Source of the DNA: the human T2T-CHM13v2.0 reference genome, Homo sapiens
Direction: 5' to 3' (one strand)
Assembly: GCF_009914755.1 (NCBI RefSeq)
Contig: NC_060927.1
DNA: 64,000 bases
Made by a program: the position numbers and the translations under genes. Numbering within the stretch: the stretch's first letter is position 1; the number at the start of each line of letters is the position of its first letter. The notes below the pieces were generated by a model, which was not told where the DNA came from, did not search any database, and worked only from the letters and a program-made list of their open reading frames with translations. Positions 63,219-64,000 of the stretch are shown piece by piece.

Positions 63219-64000
63219 TTAAAAAGGCTAACTTTTAATATGTTTTATTAATTATATTAATTTAAAGTAAGCCGCTGATGTGGGTTGCATGTCCACGCAA
63301 ACGTTGTAATGGAGAATGACTTAAAAATGTTAAGAAAATAATTCAGCTATTTGGGTTAAATATGTGTGAACTCGTAAAGTTTATTATGCTAAATTATTTA
63401 CAAATTCTACATTTTGCTTTGTGTATAATCACAGTCTTGGAGTTTTTAGTTCAGTTTTCCAATAGGTTCATCCATGGCTTTTAAAAAAATATGCCTTGAA
63501 ATAGGAGATGCAAAATAACTTCTGAAAACAAAATGTCCATGGTAAACTAGGTTTGGGAAACGCTATAATCGGTATGCATCCCACTCTCAGATATTCAGAC
63601 AGTCACAATCGTGTTAGCATATCAAAGGCTCCAGAAGGTTTGTAATACCAAAGATTGTCCAGCTTAGTTCCCAAACCCTATTTGTCTATGACAACCTATT
63701 TTTAACATAACAATTTTTACACTCTCTGGAAGCACTGTTGCAGGCAACACACCTTGAGAAGCCTTGTAAAAGTATAGATTGTCAGTAGAGTGAAATATAT
63801 GAAACCAATGAGCTTCAAAGGGAATAAAAGCAGGCTACATTAAGCTAAACAGGACAGAGATTCTAGATCCTGAGGAAGAAAGTTGATAACAAAGGCATAA
63901 TATGGACGCCAGAGAGCTATTGAAAGGTAATGTACTTTACTCAACTAATATTTATTGAGTGCCTATTTGCAACAGGCCCTGTTCTAGGCTCTGCGGATAA

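Overview
Primate (human-like, catarrhine) AT-rich, non-coding genomic DNA, either intronic or intergenic. I cannot recognise any host protein-coding exon or RNA gene. All long ORFs in the track come from LINE-1 or Alu, or are chance ORFs. The window holds one decayed full-length L1PA element (32151-38280, minus strand, TSD intact), several 5'-truncated or 5'-inverted L1s, 8 Alus or Alu fragments, solo MaLR/ERVL LTRs, DNA-transposon MITEs, L2/MIR remnants and microsatellites. The most unusual structures are: (1) a ~236-bp, ~94%-identical inverted duplication of mostly non-TE DNA (6673-6908 and 8219-8453); (2) an inverted pair of L1s about 13 kb apart sharing at least 10 apparently non-consensus variants, with mosaic sharing to a third L1, suggesting local gene conversion or an inversion-prone locus; (3) a twin-primed L1 with no TSD fused to a half-Alu, suggesting an insertion-mediated deletion; (4) two L1s of different age in essentially the same target site; (5) a probable ancient tRNA-derived SINE. 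I found no evidence for a new gene system. Subfamily names are from memory of consensus sequences and need RepeatMasker/Dfam confirmation.
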